From Octopus vulgaris (taxonomy: Eukaryota), in the NCBI GenBank assembly GCA_951406725.2, contig OX597839.1:20026001-20090000 (forward strand): 64,000 bases of DNA, given 5' to 3'. The notes below the pieces were generated by a model that saw only the letters and a list, made by a program, of their open reading frames with translations, was not told the DNA's origin and searched no databases. The translations under genes were made by a program, and so were the position numbers. Positions 1 through 18,259 of this stretch are shown in pieces (the stretch's first letter is position 1; each line of letters opens with the position of its first letter).

Positions 1-1
1 A

Positions 2-36
<35 letters not shown>

Positions 37-214
37 TTGTGGCTGTAAATAAAGCGTGTTTGTAGGGCTAGTAGAAGAAGGAGTGGTGCCTTTTGTCCCT
101 ACCACAGGTTAGTACTGCTACTTTGAAGTATGTGTGTGCGTGCGTGTATGTATATGTATCGTGTGTGTGTTTTGTTTGTGGTGTGTGTGTGTGTGTGTAT
201 GTAAGTGTGTGTTC

Positions 215-252
<38 letters not shown>

Positions 253-729
253 TAAATATAAAATATAAATTACAAAGTGGGACAAGAACGCAAAAACACA
301 CAAGGAGACGACACAAAAAAACCGACGGGTCACTCGAAGCCTCTAATCTTCAGTCGGGAACCGGATCATCTTAGTAATTTCGGCTGTTTAATCTCGATAT
401 CACTCCGATCCGGCCAGCCCCAAGGAAAATCCAAGCCACAGGCATTGGATTTCTTGGAAAGAGGGTCGAATGTATACGGAACAAAGACAGGATGCCACAC
501 GAATATAAATACAAGAAACAAAAATATATATAAAAAACAGAAATAAAAAACACGAATGGTGGACAGTACAAGGACAGGAGCGTCTTACGACTTTAGACAA
601 TTTTTAACTTATCTTGGCTGGCGTATATGAAAAAAGCCTTCAACGGCAAAAACGAAAACGTGAGCATATATGGAGGCTAAGAAGAATCGTGTACCGGTGG
701 AACGGCTTGTTCTTTCTACATATTACATT

Positions 730-1134
730 TCTCTTTCTCTTTTCTCTTTTACTTGTTTCAGTCATTTGACTGCAGCCATGCTGGAGCACCGCCTTTAGTC
801 GAGCAAATCGACCCCGGGACTTATTCTTTGGAAGCCCAGTACTTATTCTATCGTTCTCTTTTGCCGAACCGCTAAGTGACGGGGACGTAAACACACCAGC
901 ATCGGTTGTCAAGCAATGTTAGGGAGACAAGCACAGACACACAAACACATACACACATACATATATATATATATACATATATATGACAGGCTTCTTTCAG
1001 TTTCCGTCTACCAAATCCACTCACAAGGCATTGGTCGGCCCGGGGCTATAGCAGAAGACACTTGCCCAAGATGCCACGCAGTGGGACTGAACTCGGAACC
1101 ATGTGGTTGGTTAGCAAGCTACTTACCACACAGC
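730..1134 (-). mobile_element. tRNA-derived SINE family A (head GCTGTGTGGTAAG..., internal microsatellite, tail ...GACTGAAACAAGTAAAAGAG)
   Basis: Reverse complement matches the + copies at 23981 and 46170; pol III A/B-box-like head and internal (TA)n/(CA)n tract. Confidence 0.85.
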
Positions 1135-1424
1135 AGTTCCAATAATTATATTTTTCACTTGATGAAAATGTTTTTTATAATTAATTTCATACGAGTTCTT
1201 TGCAGTTTTTTTGGAAAGGTAAAGTTTCGAAAATCATTCAACAAAATTCCCACATTATTATCAGGACTCGTATTATCAGGATGAGATGATGTTGAGATAT
1301 GTCACAACAGCCAAATACTGCCCACTGAAAGTATACTGGAGCACAGTAACAAAATCCCCACAAAAGAGAGCTCAAAATACTTTACAACCAAGAGAAACAT
1401 TAACACTTTCTTTTATATTTTTAT

Positions 1425-1630
1425 TGATTTATTTGTTTCAGTCATTTGACTGCGGCCATGCTGGAGCACCGCCTTTAGTCGAGCAACTTGACCCCAGGAC
1501 CAATTCTTTGTAAGCGTTAGTACTTATTCTATCGGTCTCTTTTGCCGAACTGCTAAATTACGGGGACTTAAACACACCAGCTTCGGTTGTCAAGCGATGT
1601 TGGGGAGACAAACAGACACACAAGCACACG
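1425..1630 (-). mobile_element. SINE family A, 3' half
   Basis: TTTCAGTCATTTGACTGCGGCCATGCTGGAGCACCGCC... shared with other family A copies. Confidence 0.8.
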
Positions 1631-1667
1631 CGCACACTATATCTATATCTCTATATATCTATATCAC

Positions 1668-2040
1668 TCTGTGTTTAGCCCTTTGTGGGTAGTAAAGAAA
1701 TAGGTATTTCGTCTGTCGCTACGTTCTGAGTTCGAATTCCGTCGAGGTCGACTTTGTCTTTCATCCTTTCGCGGTCGATAAATTAAGTACCAGTTACGCA
1801 CTGGGGTCGATGTAATCGACTTAATCCGTTTGTGTGTCCTTGTTTGTCTTCTCTGAGTTTAGCCCCTTGTGGGTAGTAAAGAAATAGGTATTTCGTCTGT
1901 CGCTACGTTCTGAGTTCGAATTCCGTCGAGGTCAACTTTGCCTTTCATCCTTTCGCGGTCGATAAATTAAGTACCAGTTGCGTACTAACCGACTAGCTCC
2001 CTCCCCAAAAAATATCGGGCATTGTGCTTAGAGTAGAAAA
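1668..2040 (+). mobile_element. SINE family B, tandem partial units
   Basis: Repeated GTTCGAATTCC...GACTTTGCCTTTCATCCTTTCG.GGTCGATAAATTAAGTACCAG core; units joined at GAAATA|GGTATTTC. Confidence 0.8.
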
Positions 2041-2229
2041 GGATATATATATTAACTTTTGATTAAATAAGAAACAGGATTATTAAATTCCCGGCTAGAT
2101 TTCTACATCCCATGCATGCATTTCAAACGGTACTGCTGCAACCACGGGGTTAGATCCGAAAAGGTCCTAACGAGATAAAGGCAACCCAAGAGCAGAGTCT
2201 CCCGTTTCACTTCTTGAACCATATTGATT

Positions 2230-2262
<33 letters not shown>

Positions 2263-2723
2263 TCGTTCATCGTCATCATCATCATCATCGTCATCATCAA
2301 CTTCATCACTGTCACCAGCGAAGCGTCACCTTCGCCATCGTAAGTATCATCATCATCATCATCATCACCATCATTATCGTCATCATGTTCAATTTTGTTT
2401 TCATTTCACCGCGCTGTTGTTCCTGCTTCGGTTCGGGATATATTCCGCTGGGTGGCGGTTTTGTGTTTTGAAGGTGGCGGTGGTGGTTGTGGTGGTGGTG
2501 GCGGTGGTGGTGGTGGCGGCAGTGGCGGTGGTGGTGGTGATAAAGAATGGAAATGTCGGGTAGAGGTTTTTGGCAGTTGTGGCGGGTGTGGGGTATCGGT
2601 GAGTAAAGGCGTGTAACTGTTATTTCTCCCAATAATATCGATTATGTGTCAAACTGACAATCTGATAAAGAGTTATGGCAGCTGTTTGGCATGTTCGCTT
2701 AAATATGCAATAGCGGTAGTGGC

Positions 2724-2779
<56 letters not shown>

Positions 2780-2838
2780 CTGTTGTGGTAGTTGTTGCTG
2801 TAGTTGTAGCACCTGAATGAGGATCTTGATGTTGAGTG

Positions 2839-2869
<31 letters not shown>

Positions 2870-3299
2870 TGATGATGATGATGATGATGGTGATGATGAC
2901 GATGACAATGACGATAATGACGAGGAAGATGATGACGACGACAACGACGGCGAAGATGATGATGATGGTGGTGGTGGTGGTGATGATGGTGGTGGTGGTG
3001 ATGATGATGATGATGATGATAATGATGGTGATGATGATGGTGATGATGATGATGGTGGTGGTGGTGGTGGTGATGATGGGGATGATGATTATGATGGTGA
3101 CACGGTGACTATATTATGATTCATTTACTTATTTATTTTGTTATTTTCTATATTCGTGTTGTTATGCCAGTTGTTGTTATCACAGCAGTCACTTTTCTTA
3201 TCATCAGCATTATTATAATCATTATCGCCATCAATATTATTATTATTGCTGTTGTCATTATTATTGTTGTTGTTATTATTATTGTTGCTGTTGTAATTA

Positions 3300-3332
<33 letters not shown>

Positions 3333-4034
3333 TATTATATTATTATTATTATTATTATTATTATCATTATTTTTATCATCATCATCATCATCATCAGTAA
3401 CAGCAGCAGCAGCATCGTTATCATCATTATTATTATTACTATTATCAATACTATTATTATTATTATCATCATCATCATCGTCGTCGTCGTCGTTGTCGTC
3501 ATCATTATTTTTACTATTATTATTACCATTATTATTAATATTATTATTAATATCATCATTATTATTATTACTGTTATCATTATTATTATCCTCATCATCA
3601 TCATCACCAAAACCACCATCATCATAGTCATCATCATTATTATTACTATTATCAATACTATCATTATAATTGTTATTTTTACTATTATTATTATCATCAT
3701 TATTATTAATATTATTACTATTATTACTATTATCATTATCCTCATCATCATCATCATCAACATCATCATCATCATAGTCATCATTATTATTTCTATCATC
3801 AATACTATCATTATAATTGTTATTGTTACTATTATTATTATTACTATTATTACTATTATTATTATTATTATTATCATCATCATCATCATTGTTGCAAGTA
3901 TCATTATTATATTCCTTTCCAGAGTAATATTTTCAATTCAAAAGTTTGTCATTCTCGTACAGTTTGCTTCCATCTTCGTACAATCATTGCTGGTTTCTAT
4001 GCTGTCGTTATCGTGTCTCTCATTATTATTATTA

Positions 4035-4086
<52 letters not shown>

Positions 4087-4174
4087 CATTATTATTATTT
4101 ATATTATTATTATTACTATTATTATTATTATTATTATTTTGCGTTGTTTTTTGTTTACTGTCATCATCATCATC

Positions 4175-4243
<69 letters not shown>

Positions 4244-4671
4244 GTCATCATCATCATCATTGTTGTCATAATAACCATCAGCAACATTAATCATTCCCTT
4301 AGTCACTTGCATCAATATTATCCTCATACTGGTTATTGTCATGCCACAACTTTAATCATCATCATCATCATAGTCATCACTAGCTTCATCACATATTCGT
4401 CATCATCGTCATCACCCATTATCGTCCTCATTATCATTGCTGTCATCGTAATCTTCCTCATTCTAAATATCATTAGTATGCTTTTATTCATTACTATTCT
4501 TCTTGTTGTTTTTGTTGTTATTGTTGTTATTGTTGTTGCTGTTATTCTTGTTCTTATTGTTATTATTTCTGTTTTCATTGTTGCTGTTGCTTTCGCTGCC
4601 TCCGTATTTCTTTCACAACTTAATTTGTATTGGGGGGGGGTAGAACCAAACCAATGATAATAATAACAACA

Positions 4672-4726
<55 letters not shown>

Positions 4727-4841
4727 TGATGATGATAATAATAAAAATAATTATTAATATTATTGTTGTTGTTATCATTTTTGTTGCTACTGTTATTATC
4801 GTTGTTGTTCTTGCTATTGTTGTTATTTAATATCATCATCA

Positions 4842-4888
<47 letters not shown>

Positions 4889-4904
4889 ATTAATATTGTT
4901 ATTA

Positions 4905-4946
<42 letters not shown>

Positions 4947-4960
4947 CATCATCATGATCA
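2230..4960. repeat. Compound trinucleotide microsatellite block (CAT/GAT/TAT/TAG/GGT)
   Basis: Directly visible low-complexity repeats. Confidence 0.95.
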
Positions 4961-5984
4961 TCATCATTGAAATATTAAAGTATTAAAAAATGTGACACGT
5001 TGTGGCTGAAATGAAATACCTGCCCAAAACAGAGTTGAATATATACAAATAAATATAAAATAAAATATTATAAAATAAAGGTTATAAAATATTACAAAAA
5101 ATAACAAAAGGAACCTAATAATATTAATACAAAAAGAAAATAATATTAAGAAATTTTGGAAAAAAAAATATATTAAGATCATTTAAAAAAACTAGGACAA
5201 TCAGAACTGAAAAAAAAAACAAATAGAAAAATAAAAACATGAAAACATTAATTGTAAGAAAAATGCAAATGATATCAATAAAAATAAAGAAACAAAAAAT
5301 AACATAAAAATTATTTTTAAATCAGAAAAAATGAAAGATAAAATAAAATATATAAATATTCTAAATATTACAAAATAGAAGCTAAACATTACAAAGAAAC
5401 AAAAAAGAAAAATAACTGACAAAAATAAAATTAAAAACACTGATAAAAAAAACCACGCGTCTTCTAGAAAAAGAATTTTAAAACAAAATTAACCAGCGAG
5501 CGAAAACAATAAACAAAATGGCGATTTCTTATTCGTTCATTCAACGAAAGAATAATAAATATAGCGTCAAAAAGAGAACAAAAAGTAACTTTCTATTCAC
5601 GTAATCGCTTAGTGTGAATGTGATACCAGAGAAATTGTTACTTTCTACTGGGTAAAAAGAAAGATGATGTCAGAATTGCCAAACTCTTAGATTTTGTCTA
5701 TTTTCTTCATATTTATTTGTTTCCGCTGTCACGGATTTTTTATCTCATATTTTTGTGTTCTGTTTTATTTCTATTTTCTTCCGTTATTTCATTATGTTCC
5801 ATTTTCTTTTTCCACGTGTCATCTTTTTTTTATATTGTTTTTATTCTATGTCTTTGTTGGCGTATTTATTACATTTTTATCTTAATAGTGGAATCCTTTT
5901 CTTTAATAATGTTTATTTCAATAAATTTATTACTTGCATATTATTTGCCTCTTTTATAGTTCCCCCTTTTGATTTTTCATTACA

Positions 5985-7570
<1,586 letters not shown>

Positions 7571-8149
7571 AGAGAGGGGGAAGGGAGAGGCGCACACAAT
7601 TTCACGCAGATTCAAACATACACATATTTATGTACAGACATATATATGTATATAAGCAATTACAGTTGTCGAACTATCCCGTATTATGTGTCTTGTTTAT
7701 ACACAAACTCACACACATCCACACATAAGCCGCAGATTCTTTCATAAATAATATATTACTGGGTATATTAATATAAATGCTTACTCCACCTACAATGTAC
7801 AGCGCTTCCACCCTTCCATATTTCAGCACAGCTTCTTTCCTCACTTAGCCTTAAATCCCTTGAGGTTTACCCTCCCACTTCCTTTCTATCTCTCTTCATT
7901 TCTGATTCGATTTCATTGATATCGTCTAATTTGGTTGATAATACGGTGTGATGTAAGTGCCGAGGTTCACCCTTATCCATCATTTCTACGCATTTTTTCC
8001 TATCTTATAATTTTATTCACACGTACACACATTTAGATTCAGTTCTCACTCTCGCACTCCCCCTCTCGCTCTCTTTCTCTTTCTCCCTCTCTCTCCCCCT
8101 TCCTCTCTATTTCTAATAGAGGATTTTTAATATATATGCATATATAAAG

Positions 8150-8520
8150 ACGGTGAGTCGGCAAAATCGTTAGCACGCTGGATGAAATGCTTAGCGGTAT
8201 TTCGTCCGCCGTTACGTTCTGAGTTCAAATTCCGCCAAGGTCGACTTTGCCTTTCATCCTTTCGGGGTCGATTAAATAAGAACTAGTTACGCACTGGGGT
8301 CGATGTAATCGACTTAATCCGTCTGTCTGTCCTTCTTTGTCCTCTCTGTGTTTACTACTCTATGCGGGTAGTAAAGAAATAGGTATTTCGTCCGTCTTCA
8401 TGTTCTGTGTTCAAATTCAGCCGAGAACGACTTTACCTTTTTATATTCTCGGTTTGTTAAAATAAACACAAATTTATTCGATGTAATCTCCCCCGAAATT
8501 ACAGGCCTTGTGCCAAAATT
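8150..8520 (+). mobile_element. SINE family B, full unit plus degraded second unit
   Basis: tRNA-like head ...CGTTAGCACGC...GAGTTCAAATTCC, conserved core, tail AGTAAAGAAATA. Confidence 0.8.
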
Positions 8521-9051
8521 CGAAATATATGTATATGTTGTGCTCCACCATGACCGCAACTGCATGGTTGCTGATGTCTTATGAAATTTTCCTATCTGGT
8601 CGTCGAAAGCTCGGAATAGTGAGTAATAAACAGTCAACAACTGAGGAGGAATCTTTTGGCATACTGATCCGGACATGGCTCTCGTCATGTGTTTACGTAT
8701 TTTTCGCTCGTTGATGTCTATTATTAAGTAGACAAAATAATAGCAATAAAAACATATTTTTGGTCTCTGAGGACAACCTCAACAGAACTAAATTAATGTC
8801 TAATAATTCAAAGATTAAGAATTCTATATAGCAATGTAAAATTTCTTGCGGTACCGATGTCTACTTCTACATTGGCGCATCCTCTTCCCAGTTATCTAAG
8901 AGAATTTCCAATCATTATTCTTCATTTAGGGATAGCAGTTTCTACCTTTGAGTAGGTCGCTACATCCTTGTTACTTGCGTGAATTTTGCTACACTGGAAA
9001 CTGTTTATTGAATTTTCCATGTTAACGGTAAACAAAGGGTAATTCATTCAT

Positions 9052-9117
<66 letters not shown>

Positions 9118-9206
9118 AAAGTTTAAGGAAAAAACAAAAGATGAAGACAGGCGGTGTGTACAAAACAAACAGATGTAATAGTATAACGCTCAGGAATAGA
9201 AAAAGT

Positions 9207-9242
9207 CTTTTACGTTTCGAGCCAACGCTCTTCTACAGAAAG
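9207..9242 (-). ncRNA. Variant minimal hammerhead ribozyme motif (A6U core) in (TA)n-adjacent element ~9115-9290
   Basis: Minus strand reads cttt-CTGTAGA-a-gagc(gttg)gctc-GAAA-cg-TA-aaag: stem I, stem II and palindromic stem III ACGT. Confidence 0.55.
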
Positions 9243-9503
9243 GTACACAGAAAAAACAAGGAGAGAAACAAGGAGAGAAAAAAATATATACATATTGGTA
9301 ATCGGTGCGCATTCAAAGCTAGTGAACAGCAATGACGATACCGGTATGATTTTTAATTTCTTTAACAATTCAAAATAATGACTTTTATTCCTCTTAATTC
9401 TACTGCAGTTCATCTAATTGGATATATTTATCACGACTTTTTCATAAAAATCCTTTATTTTTCTGATATTCAATGTGCATTTTCGCTTTTTTCTTCTTAT
9501 TTT

Positions 9504-9567
<64 letters not shown>

Positions 9568-9664
9568 TGGGGAGAATTCACAAAAAAAAGAAAAAAAAGA
9601 CGAACACAGCTGGTGTAGACAACAAACGGATGTATTAGTATAACGCTCGGGAAGTGAAAAAGTG

Positions 9665-9698
9665 TTTAACGTTTCGAGCCTATGCTCTTCCACAGAAA
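9665..9698 (-). ncRNA. Variant minimal HHR motif, second copy (element ~9570-9770)
   Basis: Minus strand: ttt-CTGTGGA-a-gagc(atag)gctc-GAAA-cg-TT-aaa. Confidence 0.5.
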
Positions 9699-9786
9699 GG
9701 AACACAGAAGGAAACAACAAGGAGAGAAAGTAAAGAATATGCAATGGCTAGCGACCAATCATAGCGATATATAAATAAATAAATAA

Positions 9787-9826
<40 letters not shown>

Positions 9827-9841
9827 GTATGTATATGTATA

Positions 9842-10114
9842 TCACGTGATCACGTGACCGACCAGACCATCAGATGTTGCTACACATCGCTGGTCACAAT
9901 GCGTTCGCATTGTTCTAGCCTGCTGGCTAAGCGAGCAGGCCAACAGAAGAAAGAGTGAGAGATAGAGTACAGCAGGGACACCACCCCTGTCGGAGCATCG
10001 TGAAGCCTTTAGGTATTTTCGCTCATTAAACACTCACAACGCCCGGTCTGAGAATCGAAACTGCGATCCTATGACCGCGAGTCCGCTGCCCTAACCACTG
10101 GGCCATTGCGCCTC

Positions 10115-10117
<3 letters not shown>
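9842..10117 (-). mobile_element. SINE family C (head GGAGGCGCAATGGCCCAGTGGTTAGG, tail ...GGTCGGTCACGTGATCACGTGA)
   Basis: tRNA-like head with A/B boxes; tail shared with 51525-51645. Confidence 0.8.
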
Positions 10118-10196
<79 letters not shown>

Positions 10197-10488
10197 CTAG
10201 CAGTATCGCCCGGCGTTGCTTGGGTTTGTAAGGGAAATAACTCTATGAGCATTTTTAGAGTTGTTATAGCCAAAAAATAGCAAAAAATGCATTAAAATGG
10301 AAAAAAATTATGGTAAATCTTTTTTTTAATCGTAGACTCATCATAGACGCGCGCTAATACCCAGAAGGGTTCGATATGAATCACGACTATAAGATACCCG
10401 GTATTGGTTAAACTGCACCGCAAAATGTGGAAGTAGTTAGGAATCTAAATCGCAGGAGACAGACACACAACTTCTCTTTTATATATAA

Positions 10489-10491
<3 letters not shown>
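10197..10491 (-). mobile_element. Non-autonomous Helitron
   Basis: Minus strand starts TC(TTTATATATAAAAG) and ends in a GC-rich hairpin (CCCAAGCAACGCCGGG) followed by CTAG; inserted at A/T within (TA)n. Confidence 0.75.
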
Positions 10492-10563
<72 letters not shown>

Positions 10564-10567
10564 ATCA

Positions 10568-10598
<31 letters not shown>

Positions 10599-10706
10599 AT
10601 CAATATAGGGTGGCAAAAAAAAAAAAAAAAATTTTGTAGAATTCTTTTGCCACCAGCGGCCTAGTGGGAAAAAATTAAATAGTCATAAACCATTTTTAAG
10701 TTCAAC

Positions 10707-10848
10707 ATCACAATTAAGGAACGGCCATAATAGGCCATTCACCCACTAGAAATAACAGCCAAAAGCTTCAAGTTATTTTGCGGTTGAAGCTTTTGGCTGT
10801 TATTTCTAGTGGGTGAATGGCCTATTATGGCCGTTCCTTGATTGTGAT
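10707..10848. repeat. Near-perfect inverted repeat (65-bp arms, 12-nt loop) in a (TA)n-flanked element starting ~10600
   Basis: 10707-10771 is the reverse complement of 10784-10848. Confidence 0.9.
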
Positions 10849-11169
10849 ATATATATATATATATAATATGCATATATATAAACAGACATGAAAATATAGG
10901 ATGAAAGAAATGGACGGAAATGAGCCAAAAAACTAGAGATGCATGACCATATGTTTTACGTATAAGGAGGAATATAAAGAGCAGATGTGCATGTTAGGTG
11001 TTATTGCTTTCGAGAGGTTCTGTGTTACTTGTATTTACACGAAGATACTTCCTCTGCTGAATAATATACCCTGAAGACTAAAGAGGTATATGTTGAGATT
11101 TACATATACATAAATCTGTATATGTATATATATATACATATATACACACACAAGCATATATACATACAA

Positions 11170-11210
<41 letters not shown>

Positions 11211-11255
11211 TGTAAGTATATGCATATACGCAAAAATGTATATATATATGTGTAT

Positions 11256-11302
<47 letters not shown>

Positions 11303-11362
11303 GCATTTATGCATGTATGTATGCATTATGTGCGTTTGTATGTAGGTATATAGGTACGTACG

Positions 11363-11436
<74 letters not shown>

Positions 11437-11725
11437 AATAATGAGGGAGATAAATTGAATATTAATTTAATTAATATCAATTTCAAAACCAGTAGCCTAG
11501 CATACAAAAATCTGAAAAATCAGAGAAAATTCATATATATATATATAATCAGAATAAGCAACAAGGATATCCAGAGGTAATGCAGTACGATCGTTTCGAC
11601 TCCATTTAAATGAAAAATGCAAACATTACATCAATTTAAAATGTAGAGTATGTGTGTGTATATGTATGTGTGTATGAAGGTACAAGAATTTGCGCAGGAA
11701 AGAACTTACGAACGGTTAATTGGGA

Positions 11726-11765
<40 letters not shown>

Positions 11766-11945
11766 ATAATAAATATTAGGGAATAAATCCAAAATTACAG
11801 GGAAAAAATCAGATTTAGGATTAAATCCAATTTTATAGTAAAATATTATATAATATTAATTCGAGACAAAACCACTATTCTGCAAATCAAACAAGGAAAG
11901 ACTTAATCAATACATAAAAAAATTTAATATAAAGTAAATAAATCG

Positions 11946-11989
11946 CCACTACAATTGTTTCATGTCTTCAAATGACATTCGTCAGGTGG
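11946..11989 (-). ncRNA. Minimal type I hammerhead ribozyme
   Basis: Reverse complement of the 12054-12097 motif. Confidence 0.8.
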
Positions 11990-12053
11990 ATTCCCGATCT
12001 TCTATTCAGTTTTAATTTATGAAGTAAATTTATGAAGTGAAAAGATCGGGAAT

Positions 12054-12097
12054 CCACCTGACGAATGTCATTTGAAGACATGAAACAATTGTAGTGG
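12054..12097 (+). ncRNA. Minimal type I hammerhead ribozyme
   Basis: ccac-CTGACGA-atgtc(atttgaa)gacat-GAAA-c(aatt)g-TA-gtgg; canonical core, predicted cleavage after GUA at 12093. Confidence 0.85.
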
Positions 12098-12183
12098 CGA
12101 TTTATTTACTTTATATTAAAATTTTTTATGTATTGATTAAGTCTTTCCTTGTTTGATTTGCAAAATAGTGGTTTTGTCTCGAA

Positions 12184-12249
<66 letters not shown>

Positions 12250-12559
12250 CAAAATATCCAGATCTGGTCCGTATAGACATGCATATGAGCGTATATCTGT
12301 GCACGAGTGTGTAGGCGTATGGCTGTATGCTTATATACTTGCATAAAATACATGTTAAAATCATGTAGACACATCACTCCATACGTGTATGTTTAGTTAG
12401 AGACAAAAAAAGAGGAGAGAGCGAGAGAAAAATCATTGAGGAAACGGGTTGAAGGAGTAAGGGAAAGGAATGATTTGGAGAAGGAGGAGAAAATGAAGGA
12501 GAGAAAAAAGGTGAGGTATATAGCGAATAGAGAGAGGAAGTACAAAGCGATTGTGAAAT

Positions 12560-14855
<2,296 letters not shown>

Positions 14856-14949
14856 GTACTTTGATGGTTTTCAGTTTTAAAATTTAAATTTTATTATTCG
14901 TTAATTATTACATTTTAAAGTGCTTTCAATAACAACAACAAAAACGGTT

Positions 14950-15165
14950 TCAAATTTTTGGTAGATGGCCAGCAATTTCGCGGGAGGAGTAAGTCGATTT
15001 CGTCGACCCATGTGCTCAAACAGGTAGTTAGATATGCCATCCACCCCCGTAAGGATGAAAGGCAAAGTCGACCGAGGCGGAATTTGAACTCAGAACGTAA
15101 AGACGGACGACATGCCGCTAACCATTTTGCCTGGCGTGCTAACAAAGCTATCTGCACACCACCTT
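14950..15165 (-). mobile_element. SINE family B, diverged
   Basis: AAGGATGAAAGGCAAAGTCGACC...GGAATTTGAACTCAGAACG core. Confidence 0.75.
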
Positions 15166-15177
15166 AATAAAATAATG

Positions 15178-15245
<68 letters not shown>

Positions 15246-15424
15246 AAGAAGAAGAATACGATGTTGTGAATTCAGATTTCCTTCGTTCATCGAATCGGGG
15301 TCGATAAAACAGGTACAAGTACAAGACTATTATTATTATTATTATTAAGTACCAGTGAAACTCGGAGCGATGTAATCGACTTAACCCCTCCCCACAAATT
15401 TCTGGCCTTGTGCCTTTAGGATTA

Positions 15425-15475
<51 letters not shown>

Positions 15476-15661
15476 TCCTTCTCATTATTATTATCATTGT
15501 TGTTGCTGTTGTTGTTGTTGTAGCTCTTGTTTTGGCGTTATTGATGTTGTTGCTCTTGTATTTCGTAAAACTTATGTTGCTCTAACTAATGTAGCTTTTG
15601 GTGACAGTGATGATGATGATGACGACGACGACGACTATCACGAACACAACGATGATGATGG

Positions 15662-15707
<46 letters not shown>

Positions 15708-16471
15708 GATGATGATGATGGTGATGGTGATGATGATGATGATGATGATGATGATGACGATGACCCTGATGACCACTACGACAATGATGATGACGAAGAC
15801 GATAATAGTGATGGTGATGATGATGATGATGACAACGTTATTACTCATGACGATGGTGTTGTTGCTGCTCCCTCCCTTCCTGTGGGTTGCTCTTGTTTCT
15901 GTCCATGTCGAGTCCAATGTTTGTGATGTTAGACTATCGGCAGTTGTTGTTTTTGTTGCTGTTGCTGTCGTCGTTGTGGTTGTTGTTGTTTCTGCCGTCG
16001 TCGTCGACTTTGCAATTTCTGTTGTTGCTGTTGCTGTTGTTGTTGTTGTTGTCATTCTCTAACTACACTCGGCTGTTAGTTTGTATTCCCGCCCTTGTAG
16101 CTGCCCTGTTTCTCTCTTTTGTTGTTGTTTTTTCTGATCTTTACAAACGTTCATTTCATCATTGTACATACAAACATATATTCATACAAATAGATATACA
16201 CACACACACGTCCACATATCGGAATACATACACAAGGTTAAATAGTTGAAGATAGATATATCTATACACCTACACACACACGCACACAGACACACACAGG
16301 CACAAACAGGCTCATACACACTCACAAACTCACACACAAATACACACATAATTTTAAATGTCAGTTCGCATGCGAGATTGTGTATGTGAATGCATTTTTA
16401 TATAAGGGTATTCAGGAGCACATACATATATGTATACAGACGTATATACATATATATACACATAAATATAT

Positions 16472-16505
<34 letters not shown>

Positions 16506-16541
16506 CTATTATATATAGACACGTGTGTGTGTGTGTGTATA

Positions 16542-16668
<127 letters not shown>

Positions 16669-16824
16669 GTGTGTGTATATATATCTGTATATACATATAT
16701 ATGTATACACACAGAGAAACGTGATATATATACATGAATACATATATATATATATATATATATACGTGTATATATATATATCTGTATATACATATATATG
16801 TATACACACACGCACGCATATATA

Positions 16825-16875
<51 letters not shown>

Positions 16876-16928
16876 CATACGCGTGTATACGTATAAAAAT
16901 ATTTGAAAGTGTATATATGCATATATAT

Positions 16929-16987
<59 letters not shown>

Positions 16988-17673
16988 CACAGTATATGTA
17001 CAATCATGTATAGGTATGCATGTATATATAAATGCTTGCATGTGTGTGTGTGTGTTTCTATGTGCGTGCGCATGTGTGCGTGTGGGCGCTTGGTATGTTT
17101 ATATGTTTGTGTGTTTGACTAGCTGCAACCAGTGAAAAACCAGTCATAAACAAATATTTAAATGGGATTTCATGTAAAACAAGATTGCTAACTGGCGAAG
17201 CAGTTTTGCAATTGTTTTGTTTGTTTTTGTTTGGTTTTTTGCTTTCTTTTTTTTCCCCCCTTATTTCTTTCCCCTTTTTTACACAACAACTGAGATGGTG
17301 ATGAGGGCGACCTCTAGTGATATTATTTGAAACCCACCTATCTTCCTGCTTCTTCTCACTTAGCGCGTGTAATAATGGATAAGGCATTCTGGGACTTATT
17401 GAAAACATGATATCAAAATTGTTCCATAACATTGTGACATGTTACATCTGATACTTGCATTAAATATATGCATACATGCATGTTTACATACATACAGACA
17501 TACATGCATGCATATACACACGCATAGGTACAAACACGCGCAAAAATGCACACGTCCCCGTGCGTTTTATTCGATTTGCATAAACGTATAGACTCTCTGC
17601 AGTTAACCTACATGCACATATATATATATATAGGTATATGTATGGATGGCTAGATGGATGGATGTGAGTGAGG

Positions 17674-17726
<53 letters not shown>

Positions 17727-17974
17727 AACAAATTTATACATAGATATAGATGTACATTTATTTGCGAGTGCGTATGTATGTATACGTATATAGACACATT
17801 TATATAAATAGGTATAGAGAAGCATACAAATATATATACATATATAAATTTGTCTATGTGAGTGTGTATATCATATTATATATATATATATATATAAATT
17901 TTTGCGTAATGAGATAAAAAAACCAAGGCTGTGTAGATATTAGAACATTTATAGAAATGTCTTACAACTATATG

Positions 17975-18043
<69 letters not shown>

Positions 18044-18259
18044 ATGTGTCTATGTGTGCGTGCGCATGCTTGTGTATATATGTGTATGTGTTTGTGCATG
18101 TCGGTGTTTGCCTGTGCAGGTGTGTTTATTTGGATGAATAATATATAACGTGTCATATTGGGTGAGAAAAAACAAAGACGACGGTGACAGGAAGTGCAAA
18201 GCTACTATTATCATCTTCACGTAATTTGGGGAAGAGTGAACGTTATTCTTATAACTTTA

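Larger units (their letters stand above)
11762..12192. mobile_element. Penelope-like pLTR remnant: head-to-head inverted duplication (~155-bp arms) inside (TA)n
   Basis: Arms ~11847-12001 and ~12042-12196, with one HHR per arm reading outward; the left unit is longer. Confidence 0.7.

Noticed and set aside
277-720. Possible HHR on the minus strand (ggctg...cagcc-GAAA)
   Set aside because: No CUGANGA-like core ahead of the stem and no palindromic stem III; probably a repeat remnant but unsupported as a ribozyme.
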